64,000 nucleotides of DNA from an uncultured Acidobacteriota bacterium (lineage in GTDB: Bacteria > Acidobacteriota > Thermoanaerobaculia > Thermoanaerobaculales > Sulfomarinibacteraceae), in assembly GCA_963844845.1 (NCBI GenBank), contig CAWJPW010000011.1, forward strand, positions 384,476-448,475, written 5' to 3'. How positions within the stretch are numbered: position 1 is the first letter of the stretch; the number at the start of each line of letters is the position of its first letter. The notes below the pieces were generated by a model that was not told where the DNA came from, did no database searches, and saw nothing but the letters and a program-made list of their open reading frames with translations. This document shows positions 1 to 10,046 of this stretch, piece by piece. The position numbers and the translations under genes were made by a program.

Positions 1-1301
1 TTGTAATGGCGATTTGCAATCCAGTAAACGAGAACTACGCTGTAAGCGAGCTGAACAAGAAACGCAACGCCAGCAGCCTCGATGTGTAACCAAGGCAATA
101 GAAAGAGTACAGAAGCCACGAACAACGCGTCTCCGGTTGCGTTGATCGTCAGGTACAGTCTTCCGCTACCGTGAGCCAGAATGATAAACCCAATGGCCCA
201 GGAGGGAACCTTCAGGACGTCACCCAGGATTTGCCACCGCATTATGACAGCTGCGGTTTGAAACTCGTTCGTGTAAAGCATCGAGAGGATCCATGGAAGT
301 AGCGCAAGTACGCCCAAGAGAATTGGCGCTATCAAGAGAAGGGCTACCTCGAGCTGGTCGTTCACGATATTATTGAATTCGAAGCGACTATCGATAGCGC
401 TCGAGAGACGAGGATAGTAGTCGGCCGCCATAGCACCCAATACGATGCCGAGATAATTCCCAGAGATCGCGGTTGCAGCTTGAAAGTACCCAGCTGCATC
501 CAAGCCCAGGCGTCGAGTGAGTATCGCCTTGACGGCAAGAACTGCAACGCCTCCGATAACGGTGGAGACCATAATGAAGAGGCCAAGTGTCGTCATTTGG
601 CGCCACTGGGCCCAAACCGCCGCCGGCTGAGTATTTCCCCTGCTAACCTTGGGAAGAAGACGCACGTACCAAGACGACCCTACGACTGTGAATACGGGTG
701 TGGCTATCACGAAGAAGGGAATTCCGGCAGCACCCAGGCGCCAGACGAAGAGTAGGCCAACAGCAGCACCTATGATCGCGCCGACAATACCCGCCTTCAC
801 CATGTCGCCGATCTTCCTCATACCCTGGAGGAGAGCCGTCTGCGAAGCGGCAATCAACGTGGCAAGGACCCCAACGCCTAGCCAGGCGACATCATTGGAC
901 CGGGCGACATCCCCAAAGACCAAACTGGCTATCTGCGCTCGAAACAGCCACAGCCCTCCCAGCCCGACGAGCCCAAGGGCCAGATTCGAGCGCCACAGCG
1001 CCTTCCGGACGCAACTCAACCTGCCGAGGTCGGAACCCGCAGCCGCTATCTGGCGGACACCGCTGCTGCCCAGGCCCAGACCAAACACGGTCGCCGCGGT
1101 ACCCATCACACCTTGAAGGACGCCCATCACGCCGATTCCTGAAGGGCCCAACAGAATCGCAAGCACTTTCGAACGAATGAGCTTGACAAGGATGCCAAGT
1201 GCCTTTCCGCCTCCCACAACCGATGTGGCCCTCAGAATCTCGCTATAGGACCTCCTCCTCCGGAGTGGCTCACTCTCCATGACGCTCTCTGGCACGTTCA
1301 T
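1..1301 (-). CDS. Wzx-like polysaccharide/O-antigen flippase (MOP superfamily); C-terminus cut by window edge
   Basis: Missing from the ORF track because it runs off the left edge. Manual minus-strand translation from the ATG at 1301-1299 is open down to position 3: MNVPESVMESEPLRRRRSYSEILRATSVVGGGKALGILVKLIRSKVLAILLGPSGIGVMGVLQGVMG... It continues as a run of hydrophobic helices. The N-terminal pattern is typical of 'polysaccharide biosynthesis protein' flippases. The start lies 5 nt after the stop of the upstream aminotransferase gene. Confidence 0.75.
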   Translation of the reverse strand, partial: MNVPESVMESEPLRRRRSYSEILRATSVVGGGKALGILVKLIRSKVLAILLGPSGIGVMGVLQGVMGTAATVFGLGLGSSGVRQIAAAGSDLGRLSCVRKALWRSNLALGLVGLGGLWLFRAQIASLVFGDVARSNDVAWLGVGVLATLIAASQTALLQGMRKIGDMVKAGIVGAIIGAAVGLLFVWRLGAAGIPFFVIATPVFTVVGSSWYVRLLPKVSRGNTQPAAVWAQWRQMTTLGLFIMVSTVIGGVAVLAVKAILTRRLGLDAAGYFQAATAISGNYLGIVLGAMAADYYPRLSSAIDSRFEFNNIVNDQLEVALLLIAPILLGVLALLPWILSMLYTNEFQTAAVIMRWQILGDVLKVPSWAIGFIILAHGSGRLYLTINATGDALFVASVLFLLPWLHIEAAGVAFLVQLAYSVVLVYWIANRHY

Positions 1302-1305
1302 AGCC

Positions 1306-2430
1306 TCAGGTTCTCTCACACGCCTCTCCCGAGAGCACGCGAATGAGGTACTCAACTGCTTCGGGGCTATGGTGGGGCCCAATCGGTAGGCTAAGAACCT
1401 CGCGGTGCATCTGTTCAGCTACCGGGAGACCTTCTTGAGGGAGCGTAAGATTCGAATACGCTGCCTGGAGATGTGGCGGAATCGGGTAATGAACCAGAGT
1501 GTGAATTCCGGCTGAAGATAGCTGGCGTTGGAGTTCGCCGCGCTGTGGATGCCTGACAACAAACACATGCCAGCAGGGGTCGGCCCACTCGGGAACCACA
1601 GGCAGCGTTAGTCCATCTATCGCCGTAAGGCCCCCCAAGTAACGGCACGCTATCTTCCTTCGCCGATCGTTCCACTCGTCCAGCCTTGCAAGCTTTACGT
1701 GCAAGAAGGCCGCCTGCAGAGGATCGAGCCGAGAGTTGAAGCCTATGAACTCGTTCTCGTACTTCACCCGGGAGCCGTAGTTGCGCAGTACTCTGACGTT
1801 GTCCGCGAGGCGGTCGTCGTCTGTTGTAACCGCACCGGCATCGCCGAAGGCCCCGAGGTTCTTCCCCGGGTAGAAACTCCAACCGGCGGCGTGCCCAAGC
1901 CCACCCACAGGCCGGCCCTTGTACCGCGCGCCGTGAGCCTGAGCGGCGTCCTCGAACACCGCTAGCCTGTGCTTCTTCGCAACCGCGTTGATCGGATCCA
2001 TGTCCGCGGGTTGGCCGTAGAGGTGGACCGGCAATATCGCCCTGGTCCGGGGTGTGATCGCTGCTTCGACCCTCGAGGGATCGATGTTGAAGGTGGCGGG
2101 ATTCGGCTCTACGGGCACGGGCTTGGCACCCGCATGCGAGACCGCTAGCCACGTGGCGATGTAGGTGTTAGAGGGGACGATGACCTCGTCTCCTGGACCG
2201 ATGCCGGCCGCCCGGAGGATCAGATGAAGGGCGTCGAGCCCGCTGGCTACGCCGATGCAGTGGCGGACGCCGCAGTAGTCCGCCCAATCCCGTTCGAACG
2301 CCTCCACCTCCTCACCAAGGATGTACGAACCCGACTCCATGACACGCCGGTAGGCCTTATCGAGCTCGCCCTTGAGTTCGCGGTACGCGGCACCGACGTC
2401 GAGAAATGGGATTGTCTGGTGCTGTTTCAT
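1306..2430 (-). CDS. DegT/DnrJ/EryC1/StrS-family PLP sugar aminotransferase (FdtB/WecE-like)
   Basis: 374-aa ORF. N-terminus is [48 protein letters not shown]. Also carries [13 protein letters not shown] and [13 protein letters not shown], all characteristic of this family. Adjacent to the FdtC/FdtA-like gene. Confidence 0.9.
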   Translation of the reverse strand: MKQHQTIPFLDVGAAYRELKGELDKAYRRVMESGSYILGEEVEAFERDWADYCGVRHCIGVASGLDALHLILRAAGIGPGDEVIVPSNTYIATWLAVSHAGAKPVPVEPNPATFNIDPSRVEAAITPRTRAILPVHLYGQPADMDPINAVAKKHRLAVFEDAAQAHGARYKGRPVGGLGHAAGWSFYPGKNLGAFGDAGAVTTDDDRLADNVRVLRNYGSRVKYENEFIGFNSRLDPLQAAFLHVKLARLDEWNDRRRKIACRYLGGLTAIDGLTLPVVPEWADPCWHVFVVRHPQRGELQRQLSSAGIHTLVHYPIPPHLQAAYSNLTLPQEGLPVAEQMHREVLSLPIGPHHSPEAVEYLIRVLSGEACERT

Positions 2431-2438
2431 GCTTGAGC

Positions 2439-3515
2439 CTACTGGCGTTGTTCTCGGACCAGCGATAGGAAGTCGTCGTAGTCGCGGACGTAGTCCTCGG
2501 GCTCATAGCCGCGGTCTGCCAAGACTAGGAGAACAGCGTCTCTTGAATATTTGTATTGGACACTCCAAACCATGGGCTGAATGTGGACACCCACGGAAGG
2601 GGCGACGAGTTGTATCTCAGCCCGAGAGGAACCGTCGTCCACGATAAGACTGCATTCTCCCGCGACGCACACGAGAAACTCGTGCAGCTTGCGGTGCGCG
2701 TGCTCACCCCGCACGTTTCTGCTGGGGACGTTGAACACCGTGAAGAAACGGTGCGGCTCAAACGGGAGGTCGTTAGGTCTCTCGCCGACCATCAAACTCC
2801 CCCTGAGATCGGCAAACAGAGGGAGACTGTGCACCGTGACACCTCTGACTGAGACTCCTGCTGGGCCGCCGCCGGGCTCAGCTGACTGGGAGGCTGCCGG
2901 AGCCAACTCCGCGTCGACGTAACCCTTGATGTATGCCGGGTTGCCGACGACGATCGTTCTCGGCGGCACATCGGCGACCACCACCGCCCCGGCCCCCACC
3001 ATTGCGCCACGGCCAATGGTGACGCCGGGAAGCAGTGTGGCGTTTGCTCCGACCGATGCGCCCTGACGGACCAGGGTTCGTGGGTACTTGTCAATATGAT
3101 TCTTGGAGCGGGGAAACCGGTCGTTCGTGAAGGTCGCGTTCGGGCCGACAAACACATCATCTCCCAGCGTGACGGCGTCCCAGACTTGGACCCCACACTT
3201 GATCGTGACCCTGTCACCGATGACCACATCATTCTCGATGAAGACGTGGTCACAAATGTTGCAATCGCTACCGATCCTGGCTCCTGGCAGCACATGCGCG
3301 AACGCCCAGATCCTCGTTCGGGATCCCACAGTTGCTCCCGCTTCGACGAGTGCATTTGGATGGATAAAGGCTTCAGGATGGATCAAACCGTCCATGGGAT
3401 CGCTCTCCCTCCAATCGTCGGCGCGCACTCGCCGCTCTGAGACCTTGGCCATGCACGCGCCAGGCAATCCTCGTTCTGGCTGAGCTGCGCCGCGGTAGAC
3501 CCATGCGCTGCTCAC
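2439..3515 (-). CDS. WxcM-like bifunctional protein: N-terminal left-handed beta-helix N-acetyltransferase (FdtC-like) plus C-terminal FdtA-like cupin isomerase
   Basis: The N-terminal half has hexapeptide repeats ([20 protein letters not shown]...[31 protein letters not shown]...[25 protein letters not shown]). The C-terminal half ([15 protein letters not shown]...[27 protein letters not shown]) matches the WxcM C-terminal/FdtA pattern. The true start may be internal (MAKV at 3452 or MDGL at 3395). Confidence 0.8.
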   Translation of the reverse strand: MSSAWVYRGAAQPERGLPGACMAKVSERRVRADDWRESDPMDGLIHPEAFIHPNALVEAGATVGSRTRIWAFAHVLPGARIGSDCNICDHVFIENDVVIGDRVTIKCGVQVWDAVTLGDDVFVGPNATFTNDRFPRSKNHIDKYPRTLVRQGASVGANATLLPGVTIGRGAMVGAGAVVVADVPPRTIVVGNPAYIKGYVDAELAPAASQSAEPGGGPAGVSVRGVTVHSLPLFADLRGSLMVGERPNDLPFEPHRFFTVFNVPSRNVRGEHAHRKLHEFLVCVAGECSLIVDDGSSRAEIQLVAPSVGVHIQPMVWSVQYKYSRDAVLLVLADRGYEPEDYVRDYDDFLSLVREQRQ

Positions 3516-3551
3516 CCAAGGTAGACGCGAGCCATTTGGCAGGTGACCAGC

Positions 3552-5357
3552 TCACGGAAACCCGCCAGCCGGCACCTTCGCCATCGCGCGGAAGGTCTCG
3601 TTCCGCGCCACCAGCTCGGTGTAGGTACCCTCGTCGACGACGCGGCCGTCCTCGATCATGACGATGCGGTCGGCGGGCTGGACGGTGGTGAGGCGGTGGG
3701 CGATGAGGATGATCGTCTTCTGCCCGGCGAGCTCGCGGATCGCGTCCATGACGGCGGTCTCGGTGACGCCGTCGAGGGCGCTGGTCGCCTCGTCCATCAC
3801 CAGCACCTCGGGATCGTGGTAGAGCGCGCGGGCGATGCCCACCCGCTGACGCTGGCCGCCGCTCAGGCGGACCCCCCGCTCGCCGACGACGGTGCCGTAG
3901 CCGTCCGGGAGGGTGGCGACGAACTCGTGCAGGTGGGCGATGCGGGCGGCCCGCTCCACCCGACACTCGTCGATCTCGTCGTCGGGCACGCCGAAGGCGA
4001 TGTTGCGCGCCACCGTGTCGTCCGCGAGGAAGATGTGCTGCGGCACGTACCCCACCTGGCGCCGCCACCGCGGGATCGTCGTCCCGTCCAGCACGGCGCC
4101 GTCCACCGTCAGCCGGCCCTCGTCCGGCTCGTACAGCCCCAGCAGGAGGTCGACCAGGGTGGTCTTGCCCGATCCGGTGCTGCCGACGATGCCCACCGTC
4201 TGGTTGCGCTCGATGGTCAGCGAGACTCCGTGCAGCGCCTCAAACGCCGCGCCCGGGTACCGGAACGACACGCCGGAGAGCTCGATCGCGTCGGCGAACG
4301 GCAGCGGGAGACGGTCGCCCTCCGCCGCGGGCGCATCCTCCGCGAACCGCGCCAGGTCCTCACAGAGCTCGTCCAGCGAGGCCCGGTTGAAGCGGATGCT
4401 GACCAGGGCGGCGAAGAGCGATTGCACCGCCGGCATCAGCCGGTAGCCGGCGAAGACGTAGAGGCCGGCGAGCGGGAGCACGGCGGTGAGCCCGCGGCCG
4501 GTGTTGAGCGCCACCACGACGACGAGGACGACCCCGCCGAACGCGAGGGTCTCGAGGAAGTAGCGCGGCAGCTGGCCGATCGTGGCGTTGGCGGCGAGCG
4601 CCTTCGTGAAACGTCGCGACGGCTCGGCGAACTGGGCGACGAAGGCCTCCTCGCGCTGCAGCACCTTCACGTCCTTGATCCCGCCGAAGGCCTCGCTGGT
4701 GACCTTGTAGCGCAGCCGGTTCGCCTCCACCCACTCGCGCCCGAGGCTCGACTGGCGCCGCCGCACCGCCAGGTAGACGAGCCCGTACAAGCTGCCGATC
4801 ACGGTCACCGCCGCCGCCGCCAGCCCGGGGCTCACCGCCACCAGCATCCCGGTGATGGCGACGACCACGAGGATCTGTGCCACGAAGGTGATCACCGGCC
4901 GGACCACGCCGGCCAGAGCCGCCCGCACCTCGCTGAGGATGTTCTTGTTCAGGGACGCCGAGTTGCGCTCGACGAAGAAGCCGTAGGGCTGCGCGAGGTA
5001 GCCGCGCAGCAGGCGCATGGCGAGCTCGTGGTTGGCGTCCCAGACGAAGCGCTGCATCGTCCAGGTGAACAGGGCGCTGAGCCCGTTGCTCAGCACCAGC
5101 AGCGCCAGCACGACCACCCCGGCGGCCACGAGGAACCCCGAGTCGGTGGTGAAGCCGCCGCGGCCGTAGAGCCACTGCAGGTACCCCCGGCTGTGGATCG
5201 CGCCGGGGTTGGCGGCGAGCTCGAGGAACGGCGCCACGCTGGCGACACCGAGGAGCTCCACTCCCGCCCGGACGATCAGAGCCGCGAGCAGGAGCGCCGC
5301 CTGGACCCGCTGGCGGCGGGTCAGGAGGCTGATGAGCTGGCGGATCAGTTTCGGCAT
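3552..5357 (-). CDS. ABC exporter, fused permease/ATPase (MsbA-like type I exporter)
   Basis: 601 aa with an N-terminal 6-TM-like region. Walker A is GSTGSGKTT, signature is LSGGQRQR, Walker B is VLVMDEATSALD. Confidence 0.9.
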   Translation of the reverse strand: MPKLIRQLISLLTRRQRVQAALLLAALIVRAGVELLGVASVAPFLELAANPGAIHSRGYLQWLYGRGGFTTDSGFLVAAGVVVLALLVLSNGLSALFTWTMQRFVWDANHELAMRLLRGYLAQPYGFFVERNSASLNKNILSEVRAALAGVVRPVITFVAQILVVVAITGMLVAVSPGLAAAAVTVIGSLYGLVYLAVRRRQSSLGREWVEANRLRYKVTSEAFGGIKDVKVLQREEAFVAQFAEPSRRFTKALAANATIGQLPRYFLETLAFGGVVLVVVVALNTGRGLTAVLPLAGLYVFAGYRLMPAVQSLFAALVSIRFNRASLDELCEDLARFAEDAPAAEGDRLPLPFADAIELSGVSFRYPGAAFEALHGVSLTIERNQTVGIVGSTGSGKTTLVDLLLGLYEPDEGRLTVDGAVLDGTTIPRWRRQVGYVPQHIFLADDTVARNIAFGVPDDEIDECRVERAARIAHLHEFVATLPDGYGTVVGERGVRLSGGQRQRVGIARALYHDPEVLVMDEATSALDGVTETAVMDAIRELAGQKTIILIAHRLTTVQPADRIVMIEDGRVVDEGTYTELVARNETFRAMAKVPAGGFP

Positions 5358-5458
5358 CTCGAGGGGGCTTCAGCCGCTCGCGCTCGGAAGCGGCATCGCA
5401 TGGAGGTCACGGCGTCGAAATCGGCGCGATGAGTGGACAGGAAATACAGCTTCCGCTC

Positions 5459-5480
5459 TATGATTGCACATGCAATCATA
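5459..5480. promoter_or_regulatory. Perfect 10-bp inverted repeat (TATGATTGCA-CA-TGCAATCATA); candidate operator
   Basis: Read directly at 5459-5480, inside a locally AT-richer patch about 100 bp upstream of the ABC exporter start (5357, minus strand). No cognate regulator gene was identified in the window. Confidence 0.35.
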
Positions 5481-5899
5481 TGAAATCAATGGTCTTAACG
5501 GAGTATACGAGGGATCGCTGTGGATGGCAATCCCGGATTGGCCGAGACCGGGCGAAGCCCCGGTATCGCCGCCGCCGGCACGGCCACACCGCCAGGCGCT
5601 CGTGTCGCGTCCCGGCTGCTCTCAGGCTGACTCTGCATCCACCCCCCAGTGCGGCGCCCATTGCCGATTGTGTGGCTTCCGCCCGGGGGAGTCAAGGGAT
5701 GATGTTGTCAGGCAGGGAGATAGGGCGGGGGAGAGGGGTGGCGGTGCGGTCGGTCACAGGGCCGGCGCGGGGACGTCGCCGGGGCCGCGGCGGCGGTTCT
5801 GCGGGGAGGCCCCCCGGCTCCGGCCCCGCGGGCCTCCGCTTCCGGTGACATGGGGCACGAGCTCGGCCGCCGCGGCGGCCCGGGCCCGGCGAACGCTGT

Positions 5900-5929
5900 G
5901 GTGGCGCGCTTGAGATGCGCGCCTACACC
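5900..5929 (-). repeat. Solitary REP-like hairpin of the same family as the 9.4-12.1 kb array
   Basis: GGTGGCGCGCTTGAGATGCGCGCCTACACC. It has a GC stem (GGCGCGC/GCGCGCC) followed by CCTACACC, which is the reverse complement of the GGTGTAGG head. Confidence 0.6.
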
Positions 5930-6295
5930 ACCATCCCCCCACCCCGCTCCGCCGAACGCCGCCACCGCAGCTAGGCGGGCGGGGGCGTGGGTGCTGCGGT
6001 GGGATCCTTCGACTCCGGCGCTGCGGGCCTTCGCTCAGGATGACAGGTTGGGGTGGCGGCGCGGTCGGAGCGGCCGTCCAACACCGCGTCGCGGAACGGA
6101 TCGCGGACAAACTCGATCGCGAGAAGCCCTGCCAACGCCCCGAAGGCGACAGTAGGCGGAATCCTCGAGCCACCGATCTTCATGACCGTTCTTGCCCCTG
6201 GGTTCACGCCCTCCAGCGGGCGCTTCAATCCTCGGATGCCGAAATGAAACTGTCGTTCCCCTGTCACCGTATCGAGACGTGGAGGAAGAGCGACA

Positions 6296-6520
6296 ATGCT
6301 CAAGACGCTGCGCGCCGTCCGCTTCCTGTTCATCGGCCCGATGATCCTGGCGATGCTTTTCGTCATCAACTGGATGACATCACCAGGCGACTGGTGGGTC
6401 CAGTGGGCGGCTCTCGGCATCGGCATCGCCTGGATGATCTCGCTGATGCGCGTACTCTTCGCCCTCGTCGTCGCGGGAGGCATCGCCGCCGTGGTCGCGG
6501 CCCTGCGGCGTCCCGGCTAG
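6296..6520 (+). CDS. Small integral membrane protein (two predicted TM helices)
   Basis: 74-aa [77 protein letters not shown]. Strong GC3 codon bias. GGAGGA lies about 9 nt upstream of the ATG. Two hydrophobic segments are separated by a W-rich turn. The stop overlaps the fcl stop (convergent). Confidence 0.6.
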   Translation: MLKTLRAVRFLFIGPMILAMLFVINWMTSPGDWWVQWAALGIGIAWMISLMRVLFALVVAGGIAAVVAALRRPG

Positions 6521-7494
6521 CGAAACGCTACCGGCGGCCGCACTCCGCGGGCGCTCCCGGCATGCTCGAGGTACCAGCGGTAGGTGGCGGCGATGCCCTC
6601 GCGGAGCGCGATGGAGTGGCGCCAACCCAGGGCGTTCAGGCGCGACACGTCGAGCAGCTTCTGCGGCGCGCCGTCGGGCTTCGAGGGATCGAAGCGCAGC
6701 TCGGCCTCCGGGTGGACCTCGGCACGCACCAGCTCGGCGAGCTCGCGGATGGTGAGGTCCGAGCCGGTGCCGACGTTGACGTGCTCGGGCTCCTCGTAGT
6801 GCCGCATGAGGAAGAGGCAGGCGTCGGCGAGGTCGTCGACGTGCAGGAACTCGCGGCGCGGCGAGCCGGTGCCCCACAGCGTGACCTCGCCGCGGCCCGC
6901 CACGCGAGCCTCGTGGATGCGGCGGATGAGCGCCGGCAGGACGTGGCCGCTCTCGAGGTCGAAGTTGTCGTTGGGGCCGTACAGGTTGGTGGGCATCGCC
7001 GAGATGAAGTTGCAGCCGTACTGGCGGTGGTAGGCCTGGCACAGCTTGATGCCGGCGATCTTGGCCACGGCATAGGGCTCGTTGGTGGGCTCCAGGGGGC
7101 CGGTGAGGAGGGCCTCCTCGGCCATCGGCTGGGGCGCCTCCCGCGGGTAGATGCACGAGGAGCCCAGGTAGAGCAGCTTGGCGGCGCCGAACTGATGGGC
7201 GGCGTGCACCACGGTGGAGTGGATCATCATGTTGTCGTAGATGAACTCCGCCGGCCGGGTGGAGTTGGCGAGGATGCCGCCCACCGTGCCGGCGACCAGG
7301 AAGACGTACTCGGGGCGGTTGGCCCGGAACCAGTAGTTGACGGCGGCCTGGTCGCGGAGGTCGAGCTGCTCACGGGTGGCGGTGACGACGTTGGCAAACC
7401 CCTCGCGCTCGAGGCGGCGCAGGACCGCCGAGCCCACCAGGCCGCGGTGGCCGGCGACGAAGATGCGCGCGTCGGGCCGGAGCTGCTCGCTCAC
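6517..7494 (-). CDS. fcl: GDP-L-fucose synthase (GDP-4-keto-6-deoxy-D-mannose 3,5-epimerase/4-reductase)
   Basis: From the GTG at 7494: [29 protein letters not shown]...[53 protein letters not shown]...[12 protein letters not shown]. Near-colinear with E. coli Fcl/WcaG as recalled. The 534-aa track ORF (to 8121) is an upstream over-extension across the neighbouring gene. The GTGA overlap with the TauE stop supports the 7494 start. Confidence 0.9.
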   Translation of the reverse strand: MSEQLRPDARIFVAGHRGLVGSAVLRRLEREGFANVVTATREQLDLRDQAAVNYWFRANRPEYVFLVAGTVGGILANSTRPAEFIYDNMMIHSTVVHAAHQFGAAKLLYLGSSCIYPREAPQPMAEEALLTGPLEPTNEPYAVAKIAGIKLCQAYHRQYGCNFISAMPTNLYGPNDNFDLESGHVLPALIRRIHEARVAGRGEVTLWGTGSPRREFLHVDDLADACLFLMRHYEEPEHVNVGTGSDLTIRELAELVRAEVHPEAELRFDPSKPDGAPQKLLDVSRLNALGWRHSIALREGIAATYRWYLEHAGSARGVRPPVAFR

Positions 7495-8282
7495 GGGCCG
7501 AGCATACCCCAGCCGGTGACGAAGAGCAGGATGATGAGCGCCACCCGCAGCCAGGTGCGCGGCAGGCGGAGGCTGAGGCGCGAGCCGAGCAGGGCGCCCG
7601 GCACCGACCCCACCAGGAGCCACAGCACGAGGTGGAGGTCGATGGTGCCGAGGCGGGCGTGGAGGGCGGCGGTGACCGCGGTGAGGAGCACCGCGTGGGC
7701 GATGTCGGTGCCCACCAGCACCGCCGGTCTGCGGTTGAAGAAGAGCAGCAGGAGCATCATCACGACGATGCCGGAGCCCACCGAGGTGATCCCCACCAGG
7801 AAGCCGCCGAGGACGCCGGTGACGACGGCGCCCGAGGTGCGCCCCACCCAGCGCGGCACCAGGGGTCGCAGCAGCGGCAGGTCGCGGCCGCGGCCGATGA
7901 GGCTCTCGGCGGCGATGAGGACCGGGATGACGATGAGGACCACGGCGATGACCCGCTCGAGGATGGTGTTGACGCCGGCGCCGTAGATCGTCTGAAGGTG
8001 GGCGAGCAGCGCGACGCCGGCGAAGGCGGCGGGCACGCTGCCGAAGGCGAGGCGGCGCACCAGCGCCCAGTCGACGGTGCGCTGGCGGGCGTGGACGGCG
8101 GCGGCGCCGAGCTTGGTGCACGACGAGAAGAGCGCGCCGGAGCCCACCGCGGTGAGCGGGGTGACGCCGAGACCGAGGATGAGCAGCGGCAGCAGCACCA
8201 CGCCGCCGCCGACCCCGGTGAGACCCACCAGGACGCCCACCACGGCGCCGATGCCGACGGTCATCAACGCGGCCGTGGGCAT
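7491..8282 (-). CDS. TauE/SafE (TSUP, DUF81) family anion permease
   Basis: 263 aa, polytopic. The N-terminal motif [29 protein letters not shown] is typical of this family. Confidence 0.8.
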   Translation of the reverse strand: MPTAALMTVGIGAVVGVLVGLTGVGGGVVLLPLLILGLGVTPLTAVGSGALFSSCTKLGAAAVHARQRTVDWALVRRLAFGSVPAAFAGVALLAHLQTIYGAGVNTILERVIAVVLIVIPVLIAAESLIGRGRDLPLLRPLVPRWVGRTSGAVVTGVLGGFLVGITSVGSGIVVMMLLLLFFNRRPAVLVGTDIAHAVLLTAVTAALHARLGTIDLHLVLWLLVGSVPGALLGSRLSLRLPRTWLRVALIILLFVTGWGMLGP

Positions 8283-8451
8283 GTCAGCCCCGCCGCCCCG
8301 GCGGTGTCGGCATGGTCGTCATGGTGTCCCCCTGTCCCACTCACTCCACATCTGGACGATATTGTAGGAGATCTGGCTGCTCGAAGAACCGATTCAGAGA
8401 TCGGGGGACTGGAAGATCCGGAACCTCGAATCCGGGTTGGGCGGGCGCGGC

Positions 8452-9321
8452 CTACTTCTGCTCGAGGACGTCGAGGAGGTATCTCCCGTAGCCGTTCTTG
8501 CACAGCGGCTCGGCGAGGCGAGCGAGCTGCTCGTCGTCGATGTAACCCATGTACCAGGCGATCTCCTCGGGGCATGCGATCTTGAGGCCCTGGCGCTCCT
8601 CCACCACCTGGATGAAGTTGGCGGCCTGGAGCAGCGACTCGTGGGTGCCGGTGTCGAGCCAGGCGAAGCCGCGGCCCATGATCTCCACGCGGAGGTCGCC
8701 CCACTCCAGGTAGCGGCGGTTGACGTCGGTGATCTCGAGCTCGCCGCGGGGGGAACGCTCGAGGCTGCGGGCCACCTCCACCACGCGGTTGTCGTAGAAG
8801 TAGAGGCCGGTGACGGCAAGGTTGGAGCGTGGCGCGGTCGGCTTCTCCTCGAGGGTGAGCACGCGGCCGTCGTCGTCGAACTCGACCACACCGTAGCGCT
8901 CGGGGTCGCGCACCCAGTAACCGAACACGGTGGCGCCGCGCTCGCGCTGTGCCGCGGTGTCGAGCATGTCGGGGAGGCCGTGTCCGTAGAAGATGTTGTC
9001 GCCGAGGATGAGGCAGACGTCGCCGCTGCCGATGAAGTCGGCGCCGATGAGGAATGCCTCGGCGAGCCCACCGGGGGTGGGCTGCTGAGCGTAGCTGAGG
9101 TCGAGGCCCCAGCGGTGGCCGTCGCCCAGCAGGCGCTGGAAGGCGGCCTGATCCTCGGGGGTGGTGATGATGAGGATGTCGCGAATCCCCGCCAGCATGA
9201 GGGTGGTGAGGGGGTAGTAGATCATCGGCTTGTCGTACACCGGCATGAGCTGCTTGCTCACGGCGATGGTCAACGGGTGCAGGCGGGTGCCGGCACCGCC
9301 GGCGAGAATGATCCCCTTCAT
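8452..9321 (-). CDS. rmlA: Glucose-1-phosphate thymidylyltransferase
   Basis: From the ATG at 9321: [55 protein letters not shown]...[10 protein letters not shown]...EEKP. This is the classic RmlA sequence. The track ORF (to 9735) over-extends into the repeat array. Confidence 0.95.
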   Translation of the reverse strand: MKGIILAGGAGTRLHPLTIAVSKQLMPVYDKPMIYYPLTTLMLAGIRDILIITTPEDQAAFQRLLGDGHRWGLDLSYAQQPTPGGLAEAFLIGADFIGSGDVCLILGDNIFYGHGLPDMLDTAAQRERGATVFGYWVRDPERYGVVEFDDDGRVLTLEEKPTAPRSNLAVTGLYFYDNRVVEVARSLERSPRGELEITDVNRRYLEWGDLRVEIMGRGFAWLDTGTHESLLQAANFIQVVEERQGLKIACPEEIAWYMGYIDDEQLARLAEPLCKNGYGRYLLDVLEQK

Positions 9322-9420
9322 CACAGACCTCCGAGCAGACGCCAGACACTGTACGAAAGACGGGGCGATGAGGGAAGGGGGCGCGTGGGAGCCGTGGCCC
9401 TGGCAACGCTGCTCCATGGG

Positions 9421-10046
9421 CAGGCGGGGGGTGTAGGCGCGGAGCTTCTCCGCGCCACCAGGGCGCCCACCGGGCGTGCTCCGCTTGCCTGGCCCGGCCG
9501 ATCGCCGTGGGTCGCCGGAACCCCCGCCCCCGCGCCAACGCCAAGGGTGGCGCGCGAAAGTCGCGCGCCTACACCGGCGGAGCGTCGGCTGCTTCGACGA
9601 GGCGTCATGGGCGGGCGGGGGGTGTAGGCGCGGAGCTTCTCCGCGCCACCAGGGCGCCCACCGGGCGTGCTGCGCTTGCCTGGCCCGGCCGATCGCCGTG
9701 GGTCGCCGGAACCCCCGCTCCCGCGCCAGCGCCAAGGGTGGCGCGCGAAAGTCGCGCGCCTACATGGGCATGGAATTCACAGCCCCGGCCCGCGCCAAGG
9801 GCGACCCATCGACCGCGTCGGCCTCCCGAGGGCGGGCGGGGGGTGTAGGCGCGGAGCTTCTCCGCGCCACCAGGGCGCCCACCGGGCGTGCTGCGCTTGC
9901 CTGGCCCGGCCGATCGCCGCGGGTCGCCGGAACCCCCGCCCCCGCGCCAACGCCAAGGGTGGCGCGCGAAAGTCGCGCGCCTACACCGGCGCGGGATCGG
10001 CTGCAACGCGGGCGATCGACCCCGACGCCTGGGGCGCGCCTACACC
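9421..10046. repeat. Left block of REP-doublet units (3 units plus a half-REP)
   Basis: Each unit runs GGTGTAGGCGCGGAGCTTCTCCGCGCCACC ...~95 nt... GGTGGCGCGCGAAAGTCGCGCGCCTACACC, that is two GC hairpins in inverted orientation. Unit spacing is 191 then 221 bp. A half-REP GGGGCGCGCCTACACC at 10031-10046 contains the RAYT stop codon. Confidence 0.9.

Noticed and set aside
3543-5432. Large antisense ORFs opposite well-supported genes. These include 3543-5432(+), 6040-7986(+), 8437-9627(+), 15402-17705(+), 18376-19905(-), 22947-25283(-), 27833-29785(-), 34670-35635(-), 48703-50178(-) and 60506-61732(+).
   Set aside because: These are shadow ORFs of a ~70% GC genome. Their translations are Arg/Gly/Ala/Pro/His-rich with no motifs. 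The opposite strand encodes proteins with unambiguous family signatures (ABC exporter, Fcl, RmlA, Wzc, GH57, kinase, CzcA, AmpG-like MFS transporter, SecA).
6517-8121. Track ORFs with long N-terminal extensions: 6517-8121, 8452-9735, 14081-15613, 25040-26422, 31336-33432, 36572-37561, 43562-45787, 55028-55795, 55545-56294 and 57363-59138.
   Set aside because: The longest-ORF rule over-extends them across upstream genes or repeats. The conserved N-termini (for example [39 protein letters not shown]) and the start/stop overlaps define shorter genes, which are the ones reported in features.
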